From positions 1 to 41,405 of the forward strand of contig CAYXUB010000001.1 in the NCBI GenBank assembly GCA_964468385.1: 41,405 nucleotides of DNA, given 5' to 3'. Source of the stretch: an uncultured Lachnospiraceae bacterium. GTDB taxonomy: Bacteria > Bacillota > Clostridia > Lachnospirales > Lachnospiraceae. A program made the translations under genes and the position numbers. Positions within the stretch are counted from its first letter, which is position 1, and every line of letters begins with the position of its first letter. Of this stretch, positions 7,879 to 17,353 are shown one piece after another. Under the pieces are notes generated by a model. That model saw only the letters and a program-made list of their open reading frames with translations, was not told the origin of the DNA and searched no databases.

Positions 7879-9225
7879 ATGGCTTTTGAAAGTCTGACTG
7901 ATAAACTTCAAAACATATTTAAAAAGCTGCGTGGTAAGGGCAAGCTGACAGAAGATGATGTAAAGTCCGCGCTTAAGGAAGTAAAGATTGCGCTGCTCGA
8001 AGCGGATGTCAGCTTTAAGGTCGTAAAACAGTTTACGAAAGTCGTGCAGGAAAAAGCGGTTGGCGCAGACGTTATGAACGGGCTGAACCCGGGACAGATG
8101 GTTATAAAGATAGTACATGACGAGCTTGTCTCACTTATGGGTTCGGAAACTACGGAACTTAAGTTAAAGCCGGGGAATGCGCTTACAGTGATAATGTTGC
8201 TTGGGCTCCAAGGGGCCGGAAAGACGACCACTGCGGCAAAGCTGGCGCGGAAGCTCAAGGAAGCCGGTAAGCGTCCGCTTCTCGTTGCCTGTGATGTTTA
8301 CAGACCTGCAGCTATAAAGCAACTTCAGATAAACGGAGAAAAACTTGGCATCGAAGTGTTCTCGATGGGGGATCATAATAATCCGATTGACATTGCCAAG
8401 GCTGCCGTATCGTATGCCGAAAAAGAAAATTTCAATATCGTGATACTGGATACGGCCGGAAGACTCCATATCGATGAGGATATGATGGAGGAGCTTTCGG
8501 CGCTTCGGCAAGCTATCGAGGTGGATCAGTCCGTCCTCGTTGTCGATGCTATGACCGGACAGGATGCGGTAAATGTCGCGGAGAGTTTTCAGCAAAAGGT
8601 CGGGATTGACGGGGTTATACTTACAAAACTTGACGGAGATTCAAGGGGCGGAGCCGCGCTCTCAATAAAGGCAGTGAGCGGTAAACCAATACTGTATGCC
8701 GGTATGGGGGAGAAGCTTAGCGATTTCGAGCAGTTCTATCCGGACAGAATGGTTTCCCGTATACTTGGTATGGGCGATGTTATGAGCCTTATAGAAAAGG
8801 CGCAGGCGGCAGTAGATGAGGAGGAGGCGGCAAAGCTTCAGGAAAAGATAAGGAAAGCCTCCTTTGATTTCAACGACTATTTAAGCAGTATCGAACAGAT
8901 GAAAAAAATGGGCGGACTCAGTGGGGTACTCGAGATGCTGCCCGGCATGGGTTCTAAGGTCAAAAATATAGATGGTATGATAGACGAAAAGGGTATAGCC
9001 CGCTCTGAGGCTATAATCATGTCTATGACTCCAAAAGAGCGTGCTAATCCCTCGCTTATGAATCCTTCTAGAAAGACTAGGATTGCAAAAGGAGCCGGGG
9101 TTAGGATCGACGAAGTGAACCGTTTTATAAAACAATTTGAGCAGTCTCGTAAGCTTATGAAAAAGATGCCCGATATGATGAAAAACAAAAAGGGAAGATT
9201 CGGCGGCTTCGGCATGCCGTTCTGA
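7879..9225 (+). CDS. ffh: Signal recognition particle protein Ffh
   Basis: 448 aa. NG domain with GLQGAGKTTT, DTAGR and TKLDGD motifs, and a Met-rich M domain. Confidence 0.98.
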   Translation: MAFESLTDKLQNIFKKLRGKGKLTEDDVKSALKEVKIALLEADVSFKVVKQFTKVVQEKAVGADVMNGLNPGQMVIKIVHDELVSLMGSETTELKLKPGNALTVIMLLGLQGAGKTTTAAKLARKLKEAGKRPLLVACDVYRPAAIKQLQINGEKLGIEVFSMGDHNNPIDIAKAAVSYAEKENFNIVILDTAGRLHIDEDMMEELSALRQAIEVDQSVLVVDAMTGQDAVNVAESFQQKVGIDGVILTKLDGDSRGGAALSIKAVSGKPILYAGMGEKLSDFEQFYPDRMVSRILGMGDVMSLIEKAQAAVDEEEAAKLQEKIRKASFDFNDYLSSIEQMKKMGGLSGVLEMLPGMGSKVKNIDGMIDEKGIARSEAIIMSMTPKERANPSLMNPSRKTRIAKGAGVRIDEVNRFIKQFEQSRKLMKKMPDMMKNKKGRFGGFGMPF

Positions 9226-9279
9226 TAAAGCCGAAAAATTTCGGACTGAACAATAAATCATTTATCAAGGAGAAGAAAC

Positions 9280-9525
9280 ATGGCAGTTAAAATTCGTTTA
9301 AAGAGAATGGGACAGAAGAAAAACCCTATCTATCGTATTGTAGTTGCGGATTCGCGCTCTCCCAGGGACGGTAGGTTTATTGAGGAAATAGGAACTTACG
9401 ATCCGAATCAGGATCCGAGTTTGTTTACCGTGGATGCAGAAGCAGCTAAGAAATGGCTTGCAAACGGCGCTCAGCCTACGGAGACGGTAGAAAAGATTTT
9501 AAAACTTGCGGGAGTTGAAAAATAA
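9280..9525 (+). CDS. rpsP: 30S ribosomal protein S16
   Basis: 81 aa. [11 protein letters not shown]...[21 protein letters not shown] is typical of S16. Confidence 0.98.
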   Translation: MAVKIRLKRMGQKKNPIYRIVVADSRSPRDGRFIEEIGTYDPNQDPSLFTVDAEAAKKWLANGAQPTETVEKILKLAGVEK

Positions 9526-9561
9526 CTAATTAACGTTCCGCTATTTTAGATTGGAGAACAA

Positions 9562-9792
9562 ATGAAGGATTTAGTAGAAGTAATTGCGAAAGCTCTGGTG
9601 GAGAAGCCGGAAGAAGTGGTGGTTACTGAAACGAAGAAGGACGATGAGATCGTTATAGAGCTTAAAGTTGCACCCTCGGATATGGGAAAGGTGATCGGAA
9701 GGCAGGGGCGTATAGCAAAGGCGTTGCGCTCGGTAGTTAAGGCAGCCTCTTCTAGGTTGGATATGAAAGTATCGGTTGATATCACTCAGTAA
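9562..9792 (+). CDS. khpA: KH-domain RNA-binding protein (YlqC/KhpA)
   Basis: 76 aa with a KH GxxG loop (VIGRQGRIAKALR). It holds the conserved position between rpsP and rimM. Confidence 0.9.
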   Translation: MKDLVEVIAKALVEKPEEVVVTETKKDDEIVIELKVAPSDMGKVIGRQGRIAKALRSVVKAASSRLDMKVSVDITQ

Positions 9793-9795
9793 AAT

Positions 9796-10305
9796 ATGGA
9801 AGATTATTTAAGGGTAGGTGTCATAACGACTACACACGGGCTAAAAGGAGAGGTGAAGGTATACCCGACGACCGATTCGCCGCAGAGGTATCTTGAACTT
9901 GAAGAAGTCGTCTTAAGGGGTTCTTTCGGTGAACGTACGGTGCATATAGAAAGAGTCCGTTTTTTTAAAAATCTTGTTATTGTCGCTTTTCGTGAATTTG
10001 ACAAAATAGAAGATGTCGAGCATTTAAGGAATGCGGAACTGTACGTATCGAGAGAAAATGCCGTACCGCTTGAAGAAGGCGAATATTATATAGGGGATCT
10101 CATCGGAATGGAAGTGGTGACGGACGAAGGTGAGGTTTTAGGTACACTTAAAGATGTGATAGAAACCGGCGCTAACGATGTATATGAAATTTCCACAAAA
10201 AAACATGGAAATGTTTTGATTCCGGCCATAGAACAGTGTATAATAGACGTCAATATAGAAACAAACAGGATGACGGTTCATTTATTGCCGGGATTAATCA
10301 ATTGA
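9796..10305 (+). CDS. rimM: 16S rRNA processing protein RimM
   Basis: 169 aa. VGVITTTHGLKGEVKV N-terminal barrel and a PRC-barrel C-terminus. Confidence 0.95.
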   Translation: MEDYLRVGVITTTHGLKGEVKVYPTTDSPQRYLELEEVVLRGSFGERTVHIERVRFFKNLVIVAFREFDKIEDVEHLRNAELYVSRENAVPLEEGEYYIGDLIGMEVVTDEGEVLGTLKDVIETGANDVYEISTKKHGNVLIPAIEQCIIDVNIETNRMTVHLLPGLIN

Positions 10306-10318
10306 GGAGGAAACTCAC

Positions 10319-10747
10319 ATGAAGATATGCCCAAATTGTGGAAGTTCGCTTCAGGGCAATGAGAACTTCTGCTCGAATTGTGGGGCTAAACAGCCTGACA
10401 AAGAGCAGACTTATAACTATGATAACCAGTCATATGGACAGGAGTATAGTTACAGTCAGGACGGAGCTTATAATAATCAGCCTTCTTGGAAGGGGGAGGC
10501 AAACGGTTTTGCTATAGCCGGATTTGTTCTATCTATAGTAGGTCTTTTTTGGCATCCTCTCGCTATTTTAGCCCTTATTTTTTCTTGCATCGGACTTAGA
10601 GCCTGCAAGAGAAGGGGAGCCGGTGCTTATGGGCTTGCCATAGCAGGGCTTGTGATATCTATATTAGGTGTTGCGGTCCTGATAATAGGAACAATAATCG
10701 AGATTTTAGGATTCCTCGCCTTTGCATCATATGGATTTTACTTTTAA
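10319..10747 (+). CDS. Zinc-ribbon membrane protein (DUF4190-like C-terminal TM domain)
   Basis: 142 aa. CPNCG...CSNCG zinc ribbon, a Q/N/Y-rich linker and three predicted TM helices. GAGGAGG RBS. Confidence 0.8.
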   Translation: MKICPNCGSSLQGNENFCSNCGAKQPDKEQTYNYDNQSYGQEYSYSQDGAYNNQPSWKGEANGFAIAGFVLSIVGLFWHPLAILALIFSCIGLRACKRRGAGAYGLAIAGLVISILGVAVLIIGTIIEILGFLAFASYGFYF

Positions 10748-10833
10748 AGACCTATGTTATGATGCCCGGTGGCATGATGATTGTATTTTTATCGTAACAC
10801 CAAAGGCTGAGATTTAAGCTGATTATTTTTTAG

Positions 10834-10868
10834 AGGATGGAAGGGAGTGCCTTTCATCCTTATTTCAT
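10834..10868 (+). terminator. Terminator-like hairpin between the zinc-ribbon gene and trmD
   Basis: An 11-bp stem: AGGATGGAAGG (10834-10844) pairs with CCTTTCATCCT (10850-10860), including one G:T pair. Loop is GAGTG, followed by TATTTCAT, a weak U-tract. Confidence 0.35.
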
Positions 10869-10912
10869 AACAGAGAATGTGTGAAATCAAGTCTAAAGGG
10901 CTTTGAGGATAA

Positions 10913-12046
10913 ATGGATTTTTACGTATTGACGCTCTTTCCGGAAATGATAAAAAACGTTGCGTATACGAGTGTTTTGGGAAAGGCAATTGATAAGGGCG
11001 CGATTAAGCTTCATACGGTCGATATAAGAGATTATTCTTGTAATAAGCACATGCGTGTCGACGACTATCCTTATGGCGGAGGAGCGGGCATGGTGATCGA
11101 GGCTGAGCCCGTATTTCGTGCGGTGAATGATACGAAGGAAAAGGCGGGAAAGACCACAAGGGTCGTATATCTTACTCCACAGGCAGAGGTGCTCGGACAG
11201 GCTAAGGTCGAAGAACTGGCAAATGAGGAGAGGCTTATATTGCTCTGCGGCCACTATGAGGGAGTAGATGAAAGGGTACTTGAAGAGGTCGTCACCGACT
11301 ATATCTCTATAGGCGACTATGTGCTAACCGGCGGAGAGCTTCCGGCACTTGTACTTATGGATGCTGTATCGCGTTTTGTGCCCGGGGTTTTAGGTAATGA
11401 GGAATCGTCAAGGTTCGAATCCCATCAGGACGGACTACTCGAATATCCGCATTATACGAGGCCGGAGGTTTGGCGAGGCAAAAGCGTGCCGCCCGTGCTC
11501 CTATCCGGTGACCATAAAAAAATAGAAGCATGGCGATATGAGCGTTCGCTTGAAAGGACAAGCAGCCGCAGACCCGATCTAATGGAAAAAAGACTTGAAT
11601 ATATTGTTGTATATTCAGGAGATGAGAAGATAAAGGAAAGTGCCGAGGCTATCTGTTCTTCGGTTTCGATATACGGCGTTGTACTCGATTTCGGACGTGC
11701 CAAGCTGCGAAAGGAAAAGCGTGTTTTTAAGAAAAACGAAGTCGTAATCTTTGTATGCGCCGGAAATGAAGAGCGCAATTTCAAAGAAAAGATATCGGAA
11801 ATATTCAAAAATATAGCTGCGCAAGAGTCTAAGCTTTTTTTTGTTTTTTCGAAGGAATATTTAGACAATGGCTGGCTCAAAGACGGGACGGAGACCTGCG
11901 CTGCTCTTTACAATAAGGGCTTTACCTGCCTTAAGGCTTTTGCTTTGACGTATGATATGACTGCTCTTGCCCGAATGGCGAAAGAGATAAAAACCGAAGC
12001 GGAGCTTAGAGTGGCGAAAGAAGGAGCTAATGAACGATTGGAATAA
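10913..12046 (+). CDS. trmD: tRNA (guanine37-N1)-methyltransferase TrmD fused to a C-terminal domain of about 150 aa with unknown function
   Basis: Residues 1-223 form a complete TrmD core ([38 protein letters not shown]). The same frame then continues for 154 more codons to TAA at 12044-12046. Confidence 0.9.
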   Translation: MDFYVLTLFPEMIKNVAYTSVLGKAIDKGAIKLHTVDIRDYSCNKHMRVDDYPYGGGAGMVIEAEPVFRAVNDTKEKAGKTTRVVYLTPQAEVLGQAKVEELANEERLILLCGHYEGVDERVLEEVVTDYISIGDYVLTGGELPALVLMDAVSRFVPGVLGNEESSRFESHQDGLLEYPHYTRPEVWRGKSVPPVLLSGDHKKIEAWRYERSLERTSSRRPDLMEKRLEYIVVYSGDEKIKESAEAICSSVSIYGVVLDFGRAKLRKEKRVFKKNEVVIFVCAGNEERNFKEKISEIFKNIAAQESKLFFVFSKEYLDNGWLKDGTETCAALYNKGFTCLKAFALTYDMTALARMAKEIKTEAELRVAKEGANERLE

Positions 12047-13022
12047 GCTGCAAAAAAAGATACCGGATAGTAAGAACTATAACCTAAGTGAAAAAGACTG
12101 GGAGAAGGATATAGAAATTCCCGCGGGCTTTTGCGGGATTTTTTTTGACGGAGACCCTTACGGATACTACATTGAAAACGGGAAGGGGGAGCTATGTCTT
12201 GCTAAGCTAGCTCCGGGTGACGCACTAGAGTCATATGACATAAGAAACGGCTGTACGTCCATAGCCGCAAACGCGCTAAAAAATGCTCATAGCTTAAAAA
12301 GACTTAGTATACCCGCTTCTGTACTTGAAATCCCTGAGGGGAGTCTGTCAAACGGAGGCGGTTGGACCGATACGCGCAAGGGGCTCGAAATTGTAGACAT
12401 ACATAAAGATAATGAAAAGTTCTATGCTGACGAATATGGGATTTTTGAGAGGATAAAGGGCGGAACTAAGCTTTTGTTATATCTTGAGGATAATTATAAA
12501 AACGGATTTGTGACGCATATCCCGAGCGATGTTATTTCAATAGGAAAAGAGGCATTCTATTCGAGAAAAATACTAAAAGCCGTATTTGAAGCGGATGGAA
12601 GCTTTGTGAGTTTTCCGAAGCATGCTTATTTCAATGAAGAGCTTCTGAAATCTTTTGGAGAGAATGGACGCTTATATGATTTTACTGCTTACGACTCTTT
12701 TTTGCTTCGGAAGCATTTCAACGCTGACAGGATAAGAATGTGCTGTGAGCGGATTTCAAGTGCGCAAATGCCTGAAGAGGAAACGCGTAAGAAATTGTAT
12801 AAACATATAGAGGACAATTTGCAGGACGTCCTTAGAGCCATAGCGGAGGAAAACGCGGCAAGCGAACTGAAATTCATGATAAGGCTTGGGTTTTTTACGC
12901 AGGAAAATATAGATTTTTCAATAGACGTTTTAAATAAAACAGAGCGGCGCGAACTCATGACCTACCTTATGGACTATAAGCATGAAAAACTCAAGAATAC
13001 TGAATTCGACTTCTCGATTTAA
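12030..13022 (+). CDS. Hypothetical cytoplasmic protein with BspA-type leucine-rich repeats
   Basis: 330 aa. The ATG overlaps the trmD 3' end by 17 nt and lies behind GAAGGAG. LRR_5-like units are [36 protein letters not shown] and [23 protein letters not shown]. No signal peptide or TM helix. Helical C-terminal third. Confidence 0.75.
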   Translation: MNDWNKLQKKIPDSKNYNLSEKDWEKDIEIPAGFCGIFFDGDPYGYYIENGKGELCLAKLAPGDALESYDIRNGCTSIAANALKNAHSLKRLSIPASVLEIPEGSLSNGGGWTDTRKGLEIVDIHKDNEKFYADEYGIFERIKGGTKLLLYLEDNYKNGFVTHIPSDVISIGKEAFYSRKILKAVFEADGSFVSFPKHAYFNEELLKSFGENGRLYDFTAYDSFLLRKHFNADRIRMCCERISSAQMPEEETRKKLYKHIEDNLQDVLRAIAEENAASELKFMIRLGFFTQENIDFSIDVLNKTERRELMTYLMDYKHEKLKNTEFDFSI

Positions 13023-13069
13023 AGAATATAGAAGGGGAGATTCTGTGGCGGACAATCTGAGCCTTTATA

Positions 13070-13098
13070 TTGCATATGAGATTGGCTTGGTGTAAAAT
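13070..13098 (+). promoter_or_regulatory. Putative sigma-A promoter for the lipid kinase and glnN genes
   Basis: TTGCAT (13070-13075), 17-nt spacer, TAAAAT (13093-13098). Confidence 0.4.
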
Positions 13099-13144
13099 CA
13101 ATAAATCAGCAACGGAATCTTAAATCAGTTAAACAAGTAAAGTT

Positions 13145-14065
13145 ATGAGTAAGACGCTTTTATTTATTTATAATTCACATTCGGGGATGGGCTTGATACG
13201 GACGAGCCTGTCTTCTATAATCGACATGTTTTCCAAAGAAGGATATGAGATAATCATACATTCGACCCAACGTGCTCACGACGCGGTCGAAAAGGTAGAA
13301 GAATATAAGGACAAAATAGATGCCATAGCCTGTGCCGGAGGCGACGGAACGGTAAACGAGATTATAAACAGCATGATGGAGGCTAAGATAGACGTTCCTT
13401 TATTTTATTTGCCCTCCGGAAGCGCGAATGATTTCGGCTCCTCACTTAGGATATCAAAACAACAAATAAAAGCCGCAAGGAGTGAGATATACGGCAGCAT
13501 AAAAAAAGTGGATATAGGCCGTTTTAACGAGCGTTATTTTTGTTATGTCGCGGCCTTCGGGCTTTTGACTGACATATCATATGCTACGGATCAGAATCTT
13601 AAAAACAGGCTTGGCTATGCGGCCTATTTGATAGAGGGAAGCAAACGTCTGATGAACATACCGGTGATCGATATGACTGTTGTTGCAGACGGAAGACGTT
13701 ATACAGACAGTTGGTTTTACGGGATGATAACAAACTCAACGCAAGTCGGCGGTGTAAAAAATATAACCGGACCTAATGTTCTGATGGATGACGGGCTTTT
13801 CGAATTAACCCTTGTAAGGGCGACGAAGAACCCGATTGAGTTCATTGAAGTAATAAATTCTTTGGCATCGGGGAGCAACTGCCGTTTTCTTGTCAGAGAT
13901 AAGGCGGCTAAGATAGAAATATATTCAAAAGAACCCGTATCTTGGACGATTGACGGCGAAGCCGGAGGAAAACATACGGATGTTGTTATAGAAAATATAC
14001 AAAGAGCATTGTCTATAGCCGTGCCAAGGGAGGCGTGTAAACTGCTTAATGCTGTTGACGAGTAA
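13145..14065 (+). CDS. Diacylglycerol/lipid kinase family protein (YegS/DagK-type)
   Basis: 306 aa. LFIYNSHSG N-terminus and the GGDGTVNE catalytic-domain motif. Confidence 0.9.
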   Translation: MSKTLLFIYNSHSGMGLIRTSLSSIIDMFSKEGYEIIIHSTQRAHDAVEKVEEYKDKIDAIACAGGDGTVNEIINSMMEAKIDVPLFYLPSGSANDFGSSLRISKQQIKAARSEIYGSIKKVDIGRFNERYFCYVAAFGLLTDISYATDQNLKNRLGYAAYLIEGSKRLMNIPVIDMTVVADGRRYTDSWFYGMITNSTQVGGVKNITGPNVLMDDGLFELTLVRATKNPIEFIEVINSLASGSNCRFLVRDKAAKIEIYSKEPVSWTIDGEAGGKHTDVVIENIQRALSIAVPREACKLLNAVDE

Positions 14066-14080
14066 ATTCACGAGGGTCAT

Positions 14081-16189
14081 ATGGAAAATAGATTAGTCGA
14101 TAATTTTGCTATAAACGTCTTTGATGACGAGACGATGAAAAAAAGACTTAAAGGGGATATATATCTAAAGCTGCATGCGGTCATAGACAAGGGCGGTGAG
14201 CTTGATCGAGAAACGGCGGATGCCATTGCCGAGGAGATGAAAGATTGGGCGATCTCTAAAGGTGCCACACACTACACGCATTGGTTCCATCCTCTTACGG
14301 GAGTATCTGCCGAAAAGCACGATTCTTTCCTTCATCCATCGAAAGAAAGCGGTAAATATATAATAAGTTTTTCCGGCAAAGAGTTGATAAAAGGAGAGCC
14401 TGACGCTTCCTCTTTTCCGTCGGGAGGTTTGCGCGCAACCTTTGAGGCGCGCGGATATACTGCCTGGGATTGTACTTCGCCTGTATTTGTCAGAAAGGAC
14501 GCTGCCGGAGCAACTCTTTGCATACCTACGGCATTCTACTCTTATAACGGTGAAGCGCTTGACCAGAAAATACCGCTTTTGCGTTCTATGGAGGCTTTGA
14601 ATAAACAAGCGATAAGGCTATTGTCTCTTCTTGGGAATACTACTACGAAGAAGGTTATACCGACGCTGGGAATAGAGCAGGAATATTTCTTAGTGGATGC
14701 AGCTAAGTTTAAGAAGAGGAAAGATCTTGTGTATACCGGACATACCTTGTTCGGCGCTATGCCTCCAAAAGGGCAGGAGCTGGATGACCATTATTTCGGA
14801 ATGATCCGGCAGAAGATAGGCGCTTTTATGCAGGATGTTAACACCGAACTATGGAAGATGGGTGTCCCTGCGAAAACGCAGCACAATGAAGTTGCTCCCG
14901 CGCAGCACGAACTTGCGCCGATATATGAGCAGGCCAATATTGCCATAGATCATAACCAGATTATAATGCATACCTTAAAGCGTATCGCTACGTCTCATGG
15001 GATGAAATGCATACTGCACGAAAAGCCTTTTGCGGGCGTGAACGGTTCGGGAAAGCATAATAACTGGTCGCTTATGACAAACGATGGCATAAACCTTTTG
15101 GATCCCGGGCGTACTCCGCATGAAAATCTGCAATTTTTACTTGTGCTTTCTTGTGTAATAAAGGCAGTCGACAGATATGCCGGGCTCTTACGTGAATCCG
15201 CAGCAGATGCCGGAAATGACCTTCGCTTAGGCGCGAATGAAGCCCCGCCAAACGTCATCTCTGTATTCTTAGGAGAACAGCTTGATGACTTAGTAAGGCA
15301 GATAATAGAAAAGGGAGAGGCTACGCACAGCATAAGCGGTGGCACCCTTCACACCGGCATAAAATCCCTGCCGGATTTCAACAAAGACGCCACCGACAGA
15401 AACAGGACTTCGCCCTTTGCATTTACGGGGAATAAATTTGAGTTCCGTATGGTAGGATCAAAAAATTCGGTTGCCGCGTCCACCATAGTTATAAATACTG
15501 CCGTTGCGGATGCTTTTGATGAGGCCTGTGAGCTAATAGAAAAGTCCGACGATCTGCATAAGGCGGTCCATGACATAACCATGGACAATCTGCTACGTCA
15601 TCAAAGAGTGCTTTTCTCCGGGAACAGCTATTCGGAGGAATGGAGAAATGAGGCAAAAAAACGGGGGCTTTTGGATCTGCGTTCCACTATAGATGCCATT
15701 CCGGAGCTTTTAAAGCCCGAGTCAAAGGCCTTATTTGAAAAGTTTGGCGTGTTTTCGGAAAATGAGCTTAAAGCCCGCGCCGAGATGAAATATGAGAATT
15801 ACGCCAAGACCCTGAACATAGACGCAAAGGTCATGATAGATATAGCGGGAAAACATATTATCCCTTCTGTGATGAAATACACAAAGGTGCTTGCCGAAGA
15901 CATTATTGCGCTGAAAAAAGCAGGTTTTGAAGATGTTTCCGTTCAGGATGAGATACTCGAGCGCATAAATCGCTTTTTAAAGGAGTCGTATTCGGCGCTT
16001 AAGGCTCTTGTTATAGAGGATGACAAGGCAAACGAGATAGAGGACGTAAAGGAGAGGGCCATATATTATCACGATCATGTGCTCCCCGCCATGGAGGCGC
16101 TTAGGAAGCCTATAGATCGTCTTGAGGTGCTCGTGGACAAGGATTTTTGGTCTATGCCTTCATACGGTGATCTTCTTTTTGATGTATAG
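14081..16189 (+). CDS. glnN: Glutamine synthetase type III
   Basis: 702 aa, the length class of GSIII. Contains the GS catalytic motifs (KPF.GVNGSGKHNNWS, NEAPP, NRTSPFAFTGNKFEFR). Confidence 0.95.
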   Translation: MENRLVDNFAINVFDDETMKKRLKGDIYLKLHAVIDKGGELDRETADAIAEEMKDWAISKGATHYTHWFHPLTGVSAEKHDSFLHPSKESGKYIISFSGKELIKGEPDASSFPSGGLRATFEARGYTAWDCTSPVFVRKDAAGATLCIPTAFYSYNGEALDQKIPLLRSMEALNKQAIRLLSLLGNTTTKKVIPTLGIEQEYFLVDAAKFKKRKDLVYTGHTLFGAMPPKGQELDDHYFGMIRQKIGAFMQDVNTELWKMGVPAKTQHNEVAPAQHELAPIYEQANIAIDHNQIIMHTLKRIATSHGMKCILHEKPFAGVNGSGKHNNWSLMTNDGINLLDPGRTPHENLQFLLVLSCVIKAVDRYAGLLRESAADAGNDLRLGANEAPPNVISVFLGEQLDDLVRQIIEKGEATHSISGGTLHTGIKSLPDFNKDATDRNRTSPFAFTGNKFEFRMVGSKNSVAASTIVINTAVADAFDEACELIEKSDDLHKAVHDITMDNLLRHQRVLFSGNSYSEEWRNEAKKRGLLDLRSTIDAIPELLKPESKALFEKFGVFSENELKARAEMKYENYAKTLNIDAKVMIDIAGKHIIPSVMKYTKVLAEDIIALKKAGFEDVSVQDEILERINRFLKESYSALKALVIEDDKANEIEDVKERAIYYHDHVLPAMEALRKPIDRLEVLVDKDFWSMPSYGDLLFDV

Positions 16190-16227
16190 AAGTTATAATG
16201 AAGGGGATACGATTTAGGGGTAAAAAA

Positions 16228-17353
16228 ATGATAGATTTTAACAGACCGGCTTATACGGGAATATATTAAGCAGGCAGTCGATAACGGTAAACTGTGCGGA
16301 GACGGGGAGTTTACAAAAAAATGCGCCCTGTGGTTAAATCAGGAGCTTAAGACGAATTACAGCCTTCTCACTACTTCATGTACGCATGCCCTCGAAATGT
16401 CTGCTTATCTTTCGGACATAAAACCGGGGGACGAGGTCATAATGCCCTCGTATACATTTGTATCGACCGCGGATGCTTTTGTGCTGCGTGGCGCCGATAT
16501 TGTGTTTGTTGACATTAGGCCTGATACGATGAATATAGACGAAAATCTCATAGAAGCCGCGATAACTGACAGAACAAAGGCAATAGTTCCGGTCCATTAT
16601 GCAGGTGTCGCATGCGAAATGGACACTATATTGGAGATATCAAAAAAATATGGCTTGAAGGTAATAGAGGATGCCGCTCAGGGAGTTCACGCCTATTATA
16701 AGGACAGAGCACTCGGTACGCTCGGCGATTTCGGTTGTTTCAGTTTCCATGAGACTAAGAATTATACCATGGGCGAGGGAGGCGCGCTGCTGTTTCAGGA
16801 TAAGGCCTATTTGGAAAAAGCCGAGATATTAAGGGAAAAGGGGACAGATAGGAGCAAGTTTTTCAGAGGGGAGATCGACAAATACACTTGGGTCGATTTC
16901 GGTTCTTCTTATTTGCCAAGCGAGTTAAACGCTGCCTATCTCTATGCTCAACTCGAAAAGGCCGACGAAATAGACGAGCATAGAAAGGCTATCTGGAACT
17001 TATATTATGAATCGCTTAAAAAATTAGAAGAAGCGGGTTTTATAGAATTACCATTCATTCCGAATTACGTTTTACATAACGCGCATATGTTCTATATAAA
17101 AGTAAAGGATATAGACGTAAGGTCGCGGCTGATCTCCTTCCTTAAGGAAAAAGGAATACATTCGGTATTTCACTACATACCTCTGCACTCTGCTAAGGCA
17201 GGACTTAAGTTCGGACGTTTTCATGGGGAGGATAGGTATACGACAAGGGAGAGCGAAAGGCTTATGCGTTTGCCTTTATATTTTAGCCTTTCATTAGAAG
17301 AGGTGCGTTATGTGGTGGATACTATATATGAGTTTCCGGAGTTCAGATGCTGA
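16228..17353 (+). pseudogene. wecE: dTDP-4-amino-4,6-dideoxygalactose transaminase (WecE/DegT family), frameshifted near the 5' end
   Basis: 16259-17353 encodes EYIKQAVDNGKLCGDGEFT...PGDEVIMPSYTFVSTADAFVLRGA...FSFHETKN...HMFYIK, colinear with E. coli WecE. The homologous N-terminus MIDFNRPAYTG (ATG at 16228, AGGGG RBS) is in a different frame and meets TAA at 16267. The main frame has no ATG/GTG/TTG start before 16397. Confidence 0.7.

Noticed and set aside
11578-11584. A TAATG stop/start overlap motif at the junction between the TrmD core and its extension, hinting at two separate genes.
   Set aside because: The TAA is in a different frame from trmD. The conserved RRPDL motif is read in the frame that continues, so as given the sequence encodes a fusion.
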